From: Candidatus Bathyarchaeia archaeon
Lineage (GTDB): Archaea > Thermoproteota > CALKCG01 > B24
NCBI GenBank assembly: GCA_038870975.1
Contig: JAVZJD010000001.1
Location: 736,001 to 800,000 of the forward strand
Direction of reading: 5' to 3'
DNA: 64,000 bases
Shown: positions 1 through 10,046 of the stretch, piece by piece
How the letters are laid out: every line of letters begins with the position of its first letter
How positions within the stretch are numbered: the stretch's first letter is position 1
The notes under the pieces: model-generated
Databases searched by the model: none
What the model was told of the DNA's origin: nothing
Seen by the model: only the letters and a program-made list of their open reading frames with translations
Translations under genes and position numbers: made by a program

Positions 1-693
1 AGCGTAGTCATTCTTAGACATTTTCAACTCGTATAGACTTGTTCTCTTCTTTATTGCACCGTAGGCTCTAGACTCCATGGCTTCAGCAAGCTCTAGGCTC
101 CTCTGGAAGCTTCTTATGAATAATGGTACAAGTATTGGCAAAGTATTGCGGATCCTCTGTATAATCTTCCCCTTCTCAAGCTCCAATCCTCTAGACTTCT
201 GCGCATCCATTATGGACTGTGCTTCCAATGCTATGTCTGGTACAAACCTCATAGCGGCTGTGAAAGCAAAGCATATATCGTATGGGATTTTAAGCTTTTC
301 CAAGGCTAGGCTTAAGTCCTCCGGTGTTGTTGTGAGGAAGAATAGGGAGAATGCTCCTATGAGTGTTACAAATCTAATAGTCATGGCAGCTGCCATAGTT
401 AAACCTTCCAATGTGAAACCTCCCACGTAGAAATAGCTTGTTAAAAAGTTTACACCGAATATGAACACCATTAAAACGGCTGACCCCCTGAGAGAGTTCA
501 GCCAAAACTTGACCACTCTTGCTATGCAGACTAAAGGTATCTGTATGATTAGTAAAACGGTGAGTGTTAAAGGGTCTGAGTATAAGATCGATAGAGCACT
601 TAAAACCAGTAGAAACACAGCTTTAGACCTAGGGTCTAAGCTATGTATAGGACTTTCAATCCTTCTAAATCTTAATCCTTCAAATACACGCAT
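1..693 (-). CDS. ecfT: ECF transporter transmembrane component T (3' end outside window)
   Basis: Translated by hand from ATG at 693: MRVFEGLRFRRIESPIHSLDPRSK...; hydrophobic; AEAMESRAYG motif near the window edge; follows two ECF ATPases. Confidence 0.9.
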   Translation of the reverse strand, partial: MRVFEGLRFRRIESPIHSLDPRSKAVFLLVLSALSILYSDPLTLTVLLIIQIPLVCIARVVKFWLNSLRGSAVLMVFIFGVNFLTSYFYVGGFTLEGLTMAAAMTIRFVTLIGAFSLFFLTTTPEDLSLALEKLKIPYDICFAFTAAMRFVPDIALEAQSIMDAQKSRGLELEKGKIIQRIRNTLPILVPLFIRSFQRSLELAEAMESRAYGAIKKRTSLYELKMSKNDYA

Positions 694-695
694 CA

Positions 696-1523
696 CTACT
701 GTTTCATCCTCCTTATAATCAATGGTTTAACGATCTCCATAAGGTCCTTTTCATCTAAAATCCCCTCTAAACTTGGAGAATTGAAAAGCCTATAGGCGAG
801 CTCAGTTATCTGCGGAGGAAGTAGTGAAGCCTCATCTAGAAGCTTTAAATTCGACAGAGCTTTGTCGGCGGTGTCGTCCAGTATGATCCTTCCCTGACTC
901 ATCAGTATGGTTCTTGGCCTTAAATCTACGACGAACTCTAAATCGTGTGTAACGATCACAACGGTCTTCCCCTCTTTGAGGAAGGACCTTATGATATCGA
1001 TGATTTCAAGCTTCTGCAGGTAGTCTTGACCTATGGTTGGTTCGTCGAGGATTAGATAGTCCGGGTTGAATACGACTACCGATGCTATTGCAAGCCTCTT
1101 CTTCTCCCCTCCGCTTAAGTTGAATGGTGAATTTTGCCTATACTGTGTAAGCCCCATCCTCTCAAGGGCTTGATCAACCCTCCGTTTGATTTCATCTTCT
1201 TGAAAGCCGAAGTTTTTAAGCGCAAAGGCAACTTCTTCTTCAACTGTTTCACTGAAAAACTGATGGTCTGGGTTTTGAAAAACCAGTCCGACTTTTCTAG
1301 AGAGTTGAGCTACAGATAGATCCTTCGTGTTGTTTCCGTCTACTATTACGGTTCCCTTGGTGGGTTTAAGTAGTCCGTTGAAGTGTTTAATCAATGTTGT
1401 TTTTCCAGCGCCGTTTTCACCCATTATGGCTACGCACTCGCCTCTATCGATAGTTAGGTTTACGTCTTTAAGCGCTGTAAATCCGTTTGGATATGTGTAA
1501 TAGACGTCTAAAACCTCTATCAA
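696..1523 (-). CDS. ecfA2: ECF transporter ATPase
   Basis: Walker A GENGAGKT, FQNPDHQ, LSGGEKKR, LDEPT. Confidence 0.92.
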   Translation of the reverse strand: MIEVLDVYYTYPNGFTALKDVNLTIDRGECVAIMGENGAGKTTLIKHFNGLLKPTKGTVIVDGNNTKDLSVAQLSRKVGLVFQNPDHQFFSETVEEEVAFALKNFGFQEDEIKRRVDQALERMGLTQYRQNSPFNLSGGEKKRLAIASVVVFNPDYLILDEPTIGQDYLQKLEIIDIIRSFLKEGKTVVIVTHDLEFVVDLRPRTILMSQGRIILDDTADKALSNLKLLDEASLLPPQITELAYRLFNSPSLEGILDEKDLMEIVKPLIIRRMKQ

Positions 1524-2362
1524 GAAATAATCCTCCTGAGAACAGCCGACGCGTCTTCAGTAGTTAATGGAAGCCTTTCGAAGCTATATCCCTCCCCTTC
1601 AAGTTGTCTGAAAAACCGTATGAGTCTTGGTGTGCTTACGCCATATTCTTCAAGCCTATGATGGAATAACGTAGCTGGGTCGCCGTCAAGCACTATACGT
1701 CCCTGATTCATAACTATGAGTCTAGAAGCATATCTTGAAGCCAAATCCAGCCTATGCTCAACCAGGACGACTGTTAAGCCTAGCTTCCGATTGAGCTCGT
1801 CTAAAAGTTGGAAGATCCTTAAAGCCGTTTTGGGGTCTAAGTATGCAGTCGGCTCATCGAGGACTATTAACTCAGGGTTCATAGCTAATACTGAGGCTAT
1901 TGCAATCCTCTGCTTCTGTCCCCCTGAAAGCTCGTAGGGCGCTGAATACCTGTACTCCCTCATCCCGACGACTTCCAGAGCCCAATCTACTCTACGCTTA
2001 ATCTCCTCTCTATCTATACCTAAGTTCTCTAAACCAAACGCTACATCCCTCTCAACCGTAAGTGAGAATAGCTGGCTATCGGGGTTTTGAAATATGAAGC
2101 CGACTTTAAGCGCCATTCTATGGATAGGGGTCTCCCTAACATCAAACCCCGCTACGCGTATATCCCCCCTCAAATCTCCACCGTAGAAATGAGGTATTAA
2201 ACCGTTGAAACACCTACACAGAGTGGTTTTCCCACATCCACTAGCCCCAGTGAGTAGGACAAACTCACCCTTTTCAACCTCCAGATTAACATCTAGCAGA
2301 ACGTCTCTATCCATCCCCTCATACCTATAGCGTAACTCTTTAACTTCAATAGCCTTAGGCAT
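1520..2362 (-). CDS. ecfA1: ECF transporter ATPase
   Basis: GASGCGKT, FQNPDSQ, LSGGQKQR, LDEPT. Confidence 0.92.
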   Translation of the reverse strand: MPKAIEVKELRYRYEGMDRDVLLDVNLEVEKGEFVLLTGASGCGKTTLCRCFNGLIPHFYGGDLRGDIRVAGFDVRETPIHRMALKVGFIFQNPDSQLFSLTVERDVAFGLENLGIDREEIKRRVDWALEVVGMREYRYSAPYELSGGQKQRIAIASVLAMNPELIVLDEPTAYLDPKTALRIFQLLDELNRKLGLTVVLVEHRLDLASRYASRLIVMNQGRIVLDGDPATLFHHRLEEYGVSTPRLIRFFRQLEGEGYSFERLPLTTEDASAVLRRIIS

Positions 2363-2439
2363 CCCTCATCCGCTATAGTAAGCCTCCTATTAAACCTAGC
2401 CTCTAATATTTTTAAGGGTTTAATTTTTAATATTAGCGG

Positions 2440-2750
2440 TTATCTTCTCTTTCTGAATAGCCATCCAGTTTCTAGCTTACAGACGTATTCGAAACCAGTC
2501 TCTACGAGTTTAACAGCCTCTTCATCTGTTTTCGCTATTTTAGCGTAGAATTCATCGTGAGGTTGTTGGAATAGTGCATTTTCAATCGCTATGTAGCGCA
2601 TTATATTTTCTATGTTTTTACGACCGAGGGGCTCCTCACATGGATTACGTCTTTAGTCTTATGATACTCCAGCATTCCTTCTAATATCTGAAACCGTGGA
2701 ATGTGATCTTTAAAAACCTCAGACTTCCAAGCTTTTTCGCCAAATTCCGA
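2440..2750 (-). pseudogene. Tyrosine recombinase/integrase C-terminal remnant with a nonsense codon and frameshifts
   Basis: Manual translation across frames gives RNLAKKLGSLRFLKITFHGFRY* / MLEYHKTKDVIHV / LGRKNIENIMRYIAIE...VETGFEYVC...LFRKRR*; these correspond to the HxxR, LGH and catalytic Tyr boxes. Confidence 0.8.
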
Positions 2751-2763
2751 GGCTTTTAAAGAT

Positions 2764-3447
2764 CTAGCTTATGAGTGGAATTATTTCGCTGTTCACCATG
2801 TTTATGAAGTCTGTCTTCTCCATTTTGCCGAACACCACTACGACTCCATCTCTAGTAAGTCCAACGGTAGCTCCATAGCTGTTGGAAACTGTGACTAAAT
2901 ACCAAATACTCCCCATTTTAAGATAGCTACTATAAAGATCTGTCTGCGTCAAATCAGGACCGTAAAGAGAAAGTTTATCTATATTCGGTATTGGTAGACT
3001 GTCGAAGAATATGACCTTCGTATTCTCAGGATTCCTCTCATGATACTCTCTCATCTTCTCAGGACTTATTGAGACGTTTAAAATATACCCCCTCGAGATG
3101 AACAGAAGCTGACTAAAGAGGTTTGCAGCCCTGTTAGCCATATTCTTCCTCTCAATAACCAGTAGGAACGTTGCACTAGGTCTCTTGAAGAAGGCAAAAG
3201 TCAAGTATAACGTCTTAGGTACAGGTATTCTCTTCCCACGGTGGTACGTAAAACGTAGGGTATCCCACGCTAAAACACCCCTCAAACTGTTAAAACCCAT
3301 AGCTAAATCCATAACCTCATTGACCAACTTAATCTTGTAATCTTCCTCTTCAAAGTCTTCTTCAACTCTATAGCCTTTAAGCTTCTCAGCTATCTTATCC
3401 AACGGAGTATCTTCTACCAGCCTGAAGATCTTACCAGCTAAGACCAA
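2764..3447 (-). CDS. Conserved hypothetical archaeal protein
   Basis: 227-aa ORF with TTG start behind AGGTG; globular-looking composition; no motif recognised. Confidence 0.75.
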   Translation of the reverse strand: MVLAGKIFRLVEDTPLDKIAEKLKGYRVEEDFEEEDYKIKLVNEVMDLAMGFNSLRGVLAWDTLRFTYHRGKRIPVPKTLYLTFAFFKRPSATFLLVIERKNMANRAANLFSQLLFISRGYILNVSISPEKMREYHERNPENTKVIFFDSLPIPNIDKLSLYGPDLTQTDLYSSYLKMGSIWYLVTVSNSYGATVGLTRDGVVVVFGKMEKTDFINMVNSEIIPLIS

Positions 3448-3580
3448 TTAAAACACCTAAGTTAAAGATACCTAACTACAACGTAATATTTCACAGAAAT
3501 ATACTGTTAAAATTTTCTCCTAATTTTAAACAAAACGTCGGTGAAAATAGAACAAAATAACCATTCACCACAGGCTTAAA

Positions 3581-3601
3581 TTCAATCCGAGTCGGAGTGA
3601 A
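3581..3601. promoter_or_regulatory. Palindrome upstream of hypD, possible operator
   Basis: TTCAaTCCGAgTCGGAgTGAA directly after an AT-rich TATA-like run. Confidence 0.3.
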
Positions 3602-3613
3602 GATAACTATTAT

Positions 3614-4858
3614 ATGGCAGATTTCTACTTAAAATCTAGGCTAACAATGGGAACTAATAAGCCTCCAGATAACTCCAATGTTCAAAAAAAGTTTGACATG
3701 AGTATTGAAAACCTCTACAGACGCAATAGAAGATTCGCCGGAGAAATCAGAACACTAATACACAAATACGTAGAAAGACTCGTAAAAATCCACGGAAAGG
3801 ACTTCAAATTCAAGTTCATGAACTTCTGTGGCACTCACGAGTGGACAACCGTCCACTATGGCATTAGAAGTCTTCTACCAGAAAACATCGAACTCGTAGC
3901 TGGCCCAGGATGCCCGGTGTGTATAACCCCATCCTTCCTAGTAGAACATGCGATTAAACTATCGTTTGAAGACGTTAGAGTTTATACTTTTGGAGATGCT
4001 TTTAGGCTTCCGTCGGTTAAACCTGTGGAGGGGGCTAAGAGTCTAGCAGAAGCTAAAGCATCCGGGGGAAACGTCGCGGTCGTCTATAGCTTCCTAGACG
4101 CCTTAAAGGAATCCAACGATTACCTAAAGGATTCAGTCTTCCTAGCTATAGGTTTTGAAACAACAGCCCCAGGCTATGCCATACCTATGATCAACAGCCT
4201 CATCCCTAGGAACATGTATCTCCTACCAGCATTGAGACTTACCCCTCCGGCTGCGGAGTATGCTATAATGGAGGCTAAGAAGAGGTCGATGTCTTCAATT
4301 AATGGTATAATCGCTCCAGGGCACGTATCTGCTATAACAGGAGCCAAACCTTGGGATGAACTTTCTAGAAAACTTGAAATACCGACTGTGATCTCTGGGT
4401 TTGAACCATTGGATCTACTCCTCTCAATATTAGAGCTTCTAAAGATGATCTTGAAGAACGAGGTCGGTGTAAAAGTTGAATATCGCAGAGTAGTCTCTTG
4501 GAATGGAAACGTCGAATCTTTAAACGCTATTAACACTTGCTTTGAAGTTGTAGACTCTCCATGGAGGGGAATAGGGTTTATAGATAAAAGCGGTTTAGAG
4601 GTTAAAGATACATATTCTAATTACGATGCATTCAAAGCCTTCAGTCTAGACAAGCCTAACAGAACCTCTTGGAGCGATGATAGCCTCAGCGGATGCAAGT
4701 GTACTGAAGTCATTCTAGGGCTAGCTAAACCTATAGAATGCAGGTTCTTCTTAAAGGTATGCAATCCATCTAAGCCATTGGGTCCATGTATGGTATCATC
4801 CGAGGGAACCTGCTCCATATGGGCTAGATTTGGAGGATATCTCAGTTTAAAAAGTTAG
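3614..4858 (+). CDS. hypD: [NiFe]-hydrogenase maturation protein HypD
   Basis: MNFCGTHE, GPGCPVC, GFETT, PGHVS, GPCMVSSEGTC. Confidence 0.97.
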   Translation: MADFYLKSRLTMGTNKPPDNSNVQKKFDMSIENLYRRNRRFAGEIRTLIHKYVERLVKIHGKDFKFKFMNFCGTHEWTTVHYGIRSLLPENIELVAGPGCPVCITPSFLVEHAIKLSFEDVRVYTFGDAFRLPSVKPVEGAKSLAEAKASGGNVAVVYSFLDALKESNDYLKDSVFLAIGFETTAPGYAIPMINSLIPRNMYLLPALRLTPPAAEYAIMEAKKRSMSSINGIIAPGHVSAITGAKPWDELSRKLEIPTVISGFEPLDLLLSILELLKMILKNEVGVKVEYRRVVSWNGNVESLNAINTCFEVVDSPWRGIGFIDKSGLEVKDTYSNYDAFKAFSLDKPNRTSWSDDSLSGCKCTEVILGLAKPIECRFFLKVCNPSKPLGPCMVSSEGTCSIWARFGGYLSLKS

Positions 4859-4868
4859 GTGGTTGAAT

Positions 4869-5174
4869 ATGTGTTGGGGTGTTCCAGCTAAAGTTTTAAA
4901 AGTAGAAGGTTTTAAAGCATACGTAGATTTCGGAGGAGGCGTCAAAAGAGAAGTTTTAGTCGCTGTGAGCGATTTGAAAGACGGCGATTATGTAATTGTA
5001 CACGCCGGAATAGTGATTTCCAAGGTTGACCGAGAGGAAGCATTAAAGGTTTTAGAAGCATATATGGATATGGCGGTTCAACAGGCTAGAGAAGATGGTT
5101 TAAACGAGGAAGAAGTCAAACAGTACTACAAAGCGTTAAAGTCCGAGGTGTTTGGTGATATTGGCTATGAGTAA
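4869..5174 (+). CDS. hypC: Hydrogenase chaperone HypC
   Basis: N-terminal MCWGVPAKV, GDYVIVHAG. Confidence 0.95.
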   Translation: MCWGVPAKVLKVEGFKAYVDFGGGVKREVLVAVSDLKDGDYVIVHAGIVISKVDREEALKVLEAYMDMAVQQAREDGLNEEEVKQYYKALKSEVFGDIGYE

Positions 5175-6195
5175 GATTACCCTAGCTCATGGAGCTGGTG
5201 GAAAAGAGACTGCTGACCTTCTAGAAAGTATAATTTTCAGTAGGGTTGAGGATAGGCTTAAAAAAGTCAAAGGAGGCCTTGGAATAGATCATCCAGATGA
5301 TAGCGCTTTAATCCCTATTGGAGATGGAAAATTCCTAGTTGTTTCAACAGATTCATACACGGTTTCGCCCATATTCTTCCCAGGGGGGGACATAGGTAAG
5401 CTTGCGATATGCGGCTCTATAAACGACGTACTAGTTATGGGCGGGCTTCCAATAGCGATGCTAGATACTATAATCGTCGAAGAAGGCTTCCCCATAGACA
5501 TGTTAAAACGTATAATCAACTCTATGGTTGAAACGCTTACTGCTGAAAACGTTGCACTAATAGGTGGAGATTTTAAAGTCATGCCTAGAGGTCACATAGA
5601 TAAAATAGTCATATCGACAACTGGAATAGGAATATCTGAAAATCCCATAGTTGATTTAAACATTCAACCTGGCAATCGAATAATCGTATCTGGTTGTCTA
5701 GGGGAACACGGTGCAACGATAATGGCTCTACAGCATGGATTAAATGTAGATGTGCTTCGAAGCGACGTTAAACCGCTCACAGGTCTCTTTAAACCTCTAA
5801 TGAGACGCTTCGCAAATGTTGTGAAGGCTGCTGGCGACCCTACGAGAGGTGGATTATCTATGCTTCTTAACAACTGGGCTAAATCTAGTGGCAATTTGAT
5901 ATACGTCGATGAATCTAAAATTCCAATATGCGACTCTGTTAGGAAGTACTCTGAAATGCTCGGAGTTGACCCATTGCATCTGGCTTCTGAGGGCGTGGCT
6001 GTTTTAGCTGTGGATGGAGAAGTCGCTGAAGAAGTCTTGGAATTTGTGAGAAGCCTAGGCTTTAACGATGCCGCCATCATAGGAGAGGTTAAAAAGGATG
6101 AAAAGTTTCAAGGTTTAGTCCTAATCCAGAGCGAAATAGGTGGGTTGAGAGTGCTAGAACCACCCACTGGTGAAATAGTTCCAAGGATATGTTAA
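5167..6195 (+). CDS. hypE: Carbamoyl dehydratase HypE
   Basis: ITLAHGAGG, DPTRGG, C-terminal PRIC. Confidence 0.97.
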   Translation: MSKITLAHGAGGKETADLLESIIFSRVEDRLKKVKGGLGIDHPDDSALIPIGDGKFLVVSTDSYTVSPIFFPGGDIGKLAICGSINDVLVMGGLPIAMLDTIIVEEGFPIDMLKRIINSMVETLTAENVALIGGDFKVMPRGHIDKIVISTTGIGISENPIVDLNIQPGNRIIVSGCLGEHGATIMALQHGLNVDVLRSDVKPLTGLFKPLMRRFANVVKAAGDPTRGGLSMLLNNWAKSSGNLIYVDESKIPICDSVRKYSEMLGVDPLHLASEGVAVLAVDGEVAEEVLEFVRSLGFNDAAIIGEVKKDEKFQGLVLIQSEIGGLRVLEPPTGEIVPRIC

Positions 6196-8501
6196 ACATG
6201 AGAAGCGTTAGAATAACAGTCACGGGAATTGTTCAAGGTGTTGGCTTTAGACCATTTATCTACAGATTAGCCAAACAACTCAACCTAAAAGGATACGTTA
6301 GAAACCTTGGTGGAAGCGAAGTTGAAATACTCCTCGAAGGTCCACCTAATTTAATTGAAGAGTTCATCGGAAGACTTAAAACCGATAAGCCTCCTCCGGC
6401 GGACATCTACGATTTAAAAATAGATGAAGCTAAACCTAGAGGTTTCAAAGACTTCTCCATAGAGAAGAGCGGAAGACAATGTGAAGAATATTCGATGATC
6501 CCGCCAGACATAGGAATATGCTCCGCCTGTTTATCTGAAGTTTTAAGCTTAGGAAATAGGAGATTTATGTACCCCTTTAACAGCTGCGCCTGGTGTGGAC
6601 CTAGATTCTCAATGATCGAGAAAATACCCTACGATAGGGAGAATACTACCATGCGAGACTTCCCAATGTGCTCAGAGTGTTTGGAGGAGTATGAAAACCC
6701 TGAAGTTGTAAGACGTTTCCATGCTCAGGGGAACTGTTGCCCAGTTTGTGGTCCAAAGGTTTGGCTTGAAGATAAAAACAAACCTATAAATGTTAAAAAC
6801 CCTATTCTTGAAGCCTCCAAACTCATAGATGAAGGCTTTATAGTGGCGGTTAAAGGATTGGGTGGCTTTCACATAGCATGCTTAGCTTCAAACGATGAAG
6901 TGGTTCTAAAGCTTAGAAGGAGGAAGCGTAGATACGAAAAGCCACTGGCTATCATGGCTTTAAACCTAGACATAGCATCGAAAATAGTCGATTTTTCAGA
7001 TGAAGATGCGTTGCTCTTAGAATCACTTAGAAGACCAATCCTCCTCCTACCTGAGAAGGAAAATAGCCCCGTGTCAAAATACGTAGCACCTGGTTTATCC
7101 ATGCAAGGCGTGATGCTTCCATACACTGCTCTACACTATCTGTTGTTATCTAACGTTAAAGACGGATTCCTAATAATGACAAGCGGTAATGAAAGCGGAG
7201 AACCCATGTGCACAGAAAACGATGAAGCAAAATCTAGACTTAACGGTATTGTAGACTACTTTCTAATGCATAATCGAAGGATAGTCAATAGAGTCGACGA
7301 CAGCGTTGTAAGGAAAACAGGAAAATTCTACACAATCATACGTAGAAGCAGGGGTTACGCACCAATGTGGGTTAAACTACCATTCAGCACTTCAAGGCCT
7401 GTAATTGCCCTCGGGGCTCACTACCAGAACACAGGCTGTTTAGCGTTTAAAAATATAGCCATACCTACTCAATTCGTCGGAGACATGGAAAATATCTCAT
7501 CATTACTTGAATTGGAGAAAGCACTAACTTTTCTCATTAAAACGTATGGTATAGATCCCTCTAAGGCTCTGCTGGCTGTAGATATGCACCCCAGATACTT
7601 GAATAGAATACTGGCTGAAAAATGGATTAAAAAATATGGTTGTGAGCTCTTGGAAGTACAACATCATCACGCTCACGCGGCATCATTAATGGCTGAACTT
7701 AAAGCCGATCTTGACTCTGAAGAAATTGCTGTAACTATTGATGGTGTCGGGTATGGAAATGATGGGACATTATGGGGTGGCGAAGTTCTAACAGTTAAAT
7801 ATGGCTCTTTCACTAGATTTGGCCACTTAGAGCAGATACCGATGCCTGGTGGAGATAAAGCCGTAGAATACCCCGTTAGAATGCTAATATCCATCCTATC
7901 GAGGTTTATGAATGACGACGAAATTAACCAATTCATCATCTGTAGAGGCTTACATAATGGTCTCCCCTATGGAGTTGAAGAAGTTGAAGCAACCCTGTTA
8001 CTCTTGGAGAAGAGTAACCCTCCCATAACATCAAGCATAGGAAGAGTTTTAGACGCCGCCTCATCATTACTAGGTATTTGCCTTAAAAGGACATATGAAG
8101 GTGAACCCGCTATGAAGCTTGAAGCGTTTTCAAAATTGCAAGCCCCCGTAGAACTACTTACACCTAAAACCTCCCATTCTAAGCCAGTGGTAGAAACACA
8201 TAAGATTTTCGAAGAACTCATTTCTAAGATTGACAGACCTCGTGAACAACTAGCCTACAGCATTCAAAGAGCATTAGGCTTATCCCTCGGCGAATTAGCA
8301 GTTGCAGCTTCAAAGGGTAGGAATACGTATAGAGTCTTAGTTTCCGGGGGGGCAGCGGTCAACACAATAATATTTGAATCCATAAGGGAAGTCGTTGAAA
8401 ACGAGGGGCTTAAAGCCTATGTTAATGTTCAAGTACCACCCGGCGATGGAGGGATATCCCTAGGTCAAGCCATTATAGCTGGCTTTAAAACTTTAATCTA
8501 A
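6189..8501 (+). CDS. hypF: Carbamoyltransferase HypF
   Basis: Acylphosphatase GIVQGVGFRPF, two Zn fingers, QHHHAH, DGVGYG, PPGDGGISLGQ. Confidence 0.97.
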   Translation: MLNMRSVRITVTGIVQGVGFRPFIYRLAKQLNLKGYVRNLGGSEVEILLEGPPNLIEEFIGRLKTDKPPPADIYDLKIDEAKPRGFKDFSIEKSGRQCEEYSMIPPDIGICSACLSEVLSLGNRRFMYPFNSCAWCGPRFSMIEKIPYDRENTTMRDFPMCSECLEEYENPEVVRRFHAQGNCCPVCGPKVWLEDKNKPINVKNPILEASKLIDEGFIVAVKGLGGFHIACLASNDEVVLKLRRRKRRYEKPLAIMALNLDIASKIVDFSDEDALLLESLRRPILLLPEKENSPVSKYVAPGLSMQGVMLPYTALHYLLLSNVKDGFLIMTSGNESGEPMCTENDEAKSRLNGIVDYFLMHNRRIVNRVDDSVVRKTGKFYTIIRRSRGYAPMWVKLPFSTSRPVIALGAHYQNTGCLAFKNIAIPTQFVGDMENISSLLELEKALTFLIKTYGIDPSKALLAVDMHPRYLNRILAEKWIKKYGCELLEVQHHHAHAASLMAELKADLDSEEIAVTIDGVGYGNDGTLWGGEVLTVKYGSFTRFGHLEQIPMPGGDKAVEYPVRMLISILSRFMNDDEINQFIICRGLHNGLPYGVEEVEATLLLLEKSNPPITSSIGRVLDAASSLLGICLKRTYEGEPAMKLEAFSKLQAPVELLTPKTSHSKPVVETHKIFEELISKIDRPREQLAYSIQRALGLSLGELAVAASKGRNTYRVLVSGGAAVNTIIFESIREVVENEGLKAYVNVQVPPGDGGISLGQAIIAGFKTLI

Positions 8502-9209
8502 AACTTTCAAAACAGCCTCTTTAATCTTTCCTGCAAACCCTGTCTCCATAAGCTTGTCAACATTCCCTATATACTCTTCAAGATCGTCGTAGCGGGGTAT
8601 TTCCACTAAAACTTTAAAACCCATCCCTTCAACCGATGAACGTATTGACTTATATGACATGTTTACAATTACGCCTAAAATCCTCCTCTTCATATAGGTT
8701 CCAGCAAGCCTCCTTAAAGCCTCTAAACTTAAAAGGTTTGGAGTAGTCACGGCTATGAACTCAGCCCTAGGTAGGTAACTAGCGATATTCAAGATGACAT
8801 CTCCGAAACCCGGCGGTGTGTCTACAACAAGTGCCTTTAATCTACCCCATTTCGTGATCATTAAAAGCTCTCTAAACACGCTATCGACCTCTATTCCCCT
8901 AAGTGGTAACGCCTCTCCGCGTGAGTAGAAAGCCACGCTCATAAACTCTACACCGTGAACTTTTACCGGATGGATCCCCATATCTTCTACAGGCTTCTCC
9001 TTTAGAACATCTACTCCTAATATGAGGTGGCATGATGAATTCGTGAAATCCATATCTAATAATCCAGATGGAAAACCGATTTTAGTCATGGTTAAAGCCA
9101 TGGTCGACGCTATGAGTGTCTTACCAACACCTCCCTTCCCACTCACTATGGCTATTATTCTCTCGATATCTTCAAGCCTTTTTATTATTGCCGAATTCTT
9201 TAGATTCAT
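8493..9209 (-). CDS. Mrp/NBP35-family P-loop ATPase, probably the ATPase-type HypB partner of HypA
   Basis: SGKGGVGKT, DTPPG; overlaps the end of hypA as in the Thermococcales hypA-hypB(Mrp) pair. Confidence 0.85.
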   Translation of the reverse strand: MNLKNSAIIKRLEDIERIIAIVSGKGGVGKTLIASTMALTMTKIGFPSGLLDMDFTNSSCHLILGVDVLKEKPVEDMGIHPVKVHGVEFMSVAFYSRGEALPLRGIEVDSVFRELLMITKWGRLKALVVDTPPGFGDVILNIASYLPRAEFIAVTTPNLLSLEALRRLAGTYMKRRILGVIVNMSYKSIRSSVEGMGFKVLVEIPRYDDLEEYIGNVDKLMETGFAGKIKEAVLKVLD

Positions 9210-9607
9210 GATCGTAGCTCCATTGATGCGATATAAATTCCCCTCCCGCTGACTATCTCTAAGTCTTGAGAGCTACAGTTTGGGCACTTCACATACACAT
9301 GAATAACCTCTGGAATAAAATGAATAGCTTCTTTCACATCATCAGATAAATCTAAATCTCTAAGTCTCCAAGTTTTCGAACACGACCTACATCTAAGAAG
9401 AGCCTCCTCCTCATCTAATCTAAGTTCTCCAACTTCAATACCCCTGCTCTTAAAAAGTTCGGTTAATGCGAATCTTAAAATCTCTCTATCAGCAGACTGA
9501 AGTTTTCCAATGACAACGTTTAAAGAAACTATCTTCCTGGTCTTTCTCTCGGAAAGAAAACTGTATACTGTTTCCACTATAGCCTCAGCTAAAGCCCACT
9601 CATGCAT
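9206..9607 (-). CDS. hypA: Nickel metallochaperone HypA
   Basis: MHEWALA, CRSC...IHFIPE...CPNC, GRGIYI. Confidence 0.95.
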   Translation of the reverse strand: MHEWALAEAIVETVYSFLSERKTRKIVSLNVVIGKLQSADREILRFALTELFKSRGIEVGELRLDEEEALLRCRSCSKTWRLRDLDLSDDVKEAIHFIPEVIHVYVKCPNCSSQDLEIVSGRGIYIASMELRS

Positions 9608-9666
9608 ACTATCCTTAAACTTATTAAAACCTGAAGCTTATAACAGTATAGCTATAATTGCCCTAT

Positions 9667-9852
9667 CTAATGTATAGACGCCGAATACTGTCTCTCTCCA
9701 ACTTGAAATTCATATCCACATTTTGGACATTTTACATAACCGCATTCTCCTAAAACACTATATCGGCATCCTGAACATGCAGTCACCCGTGCGTACGATA
9801 GACTAAATCTATAGCCACATTGTGGACATTTGAAAACTCTAGCCATAGGCAC
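9667..9852 (-). CDS. Small cysteine-rich (Zn-ribbon/FeS) protein
   Basis: CPQC, CSGC, C, CPKC in 61 aa; co-oriented upstream of hypA. Confidence 0.75.
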   Translation of the reverse strand: MPMARVFKCPQCGYRFSLSYARVTACSGCRYSVLGECGYVKCPKCGYEFQVGERQYSASIH

Positions 9853-9937
9853 TATCCCAATATGAATCCTAAAGGGATAAGTTAAACTTTACTTATCTAA
9901 ATTTGCCTTAACTTACTGATAATCGCGTGAAAGCTTT

Positions 9938-9986
9938 TGTACAAATAATTGCTATAATGTACATATTCATTCAGCAATATTTAAAA
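9938..9986 (+). promoter_or_regulatory. TRP-box-like (TGTACA) operator plus TATA box of the serA-like gene
   Basis: TGTACA at 9938 and 9958; TGTACA-N16-TTTAAA spacing identical to the two trp promoters. Confidence 0.6.
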
Positions 9987-10046
9987 CGTCTTCATTAGTA
10001 TAGATTTCCCTAGCTTGTCTTCCAAGCCCCGTGGAGGAATTCGACG

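Noticed and set aside
77-718. Plus-strand ORFs 77-430 and 461-718
   Set aside because: Antisense shadows of ecfT, which the ORF track misses because it runs off the window
9875-9905. GATAAG-N10-CTTATCTAAA upstream of the Cys-rich/hypA genes as a third copy of the hydrogenase operator
   Set aside because: Only one arm resembles the motif and the spacing differs
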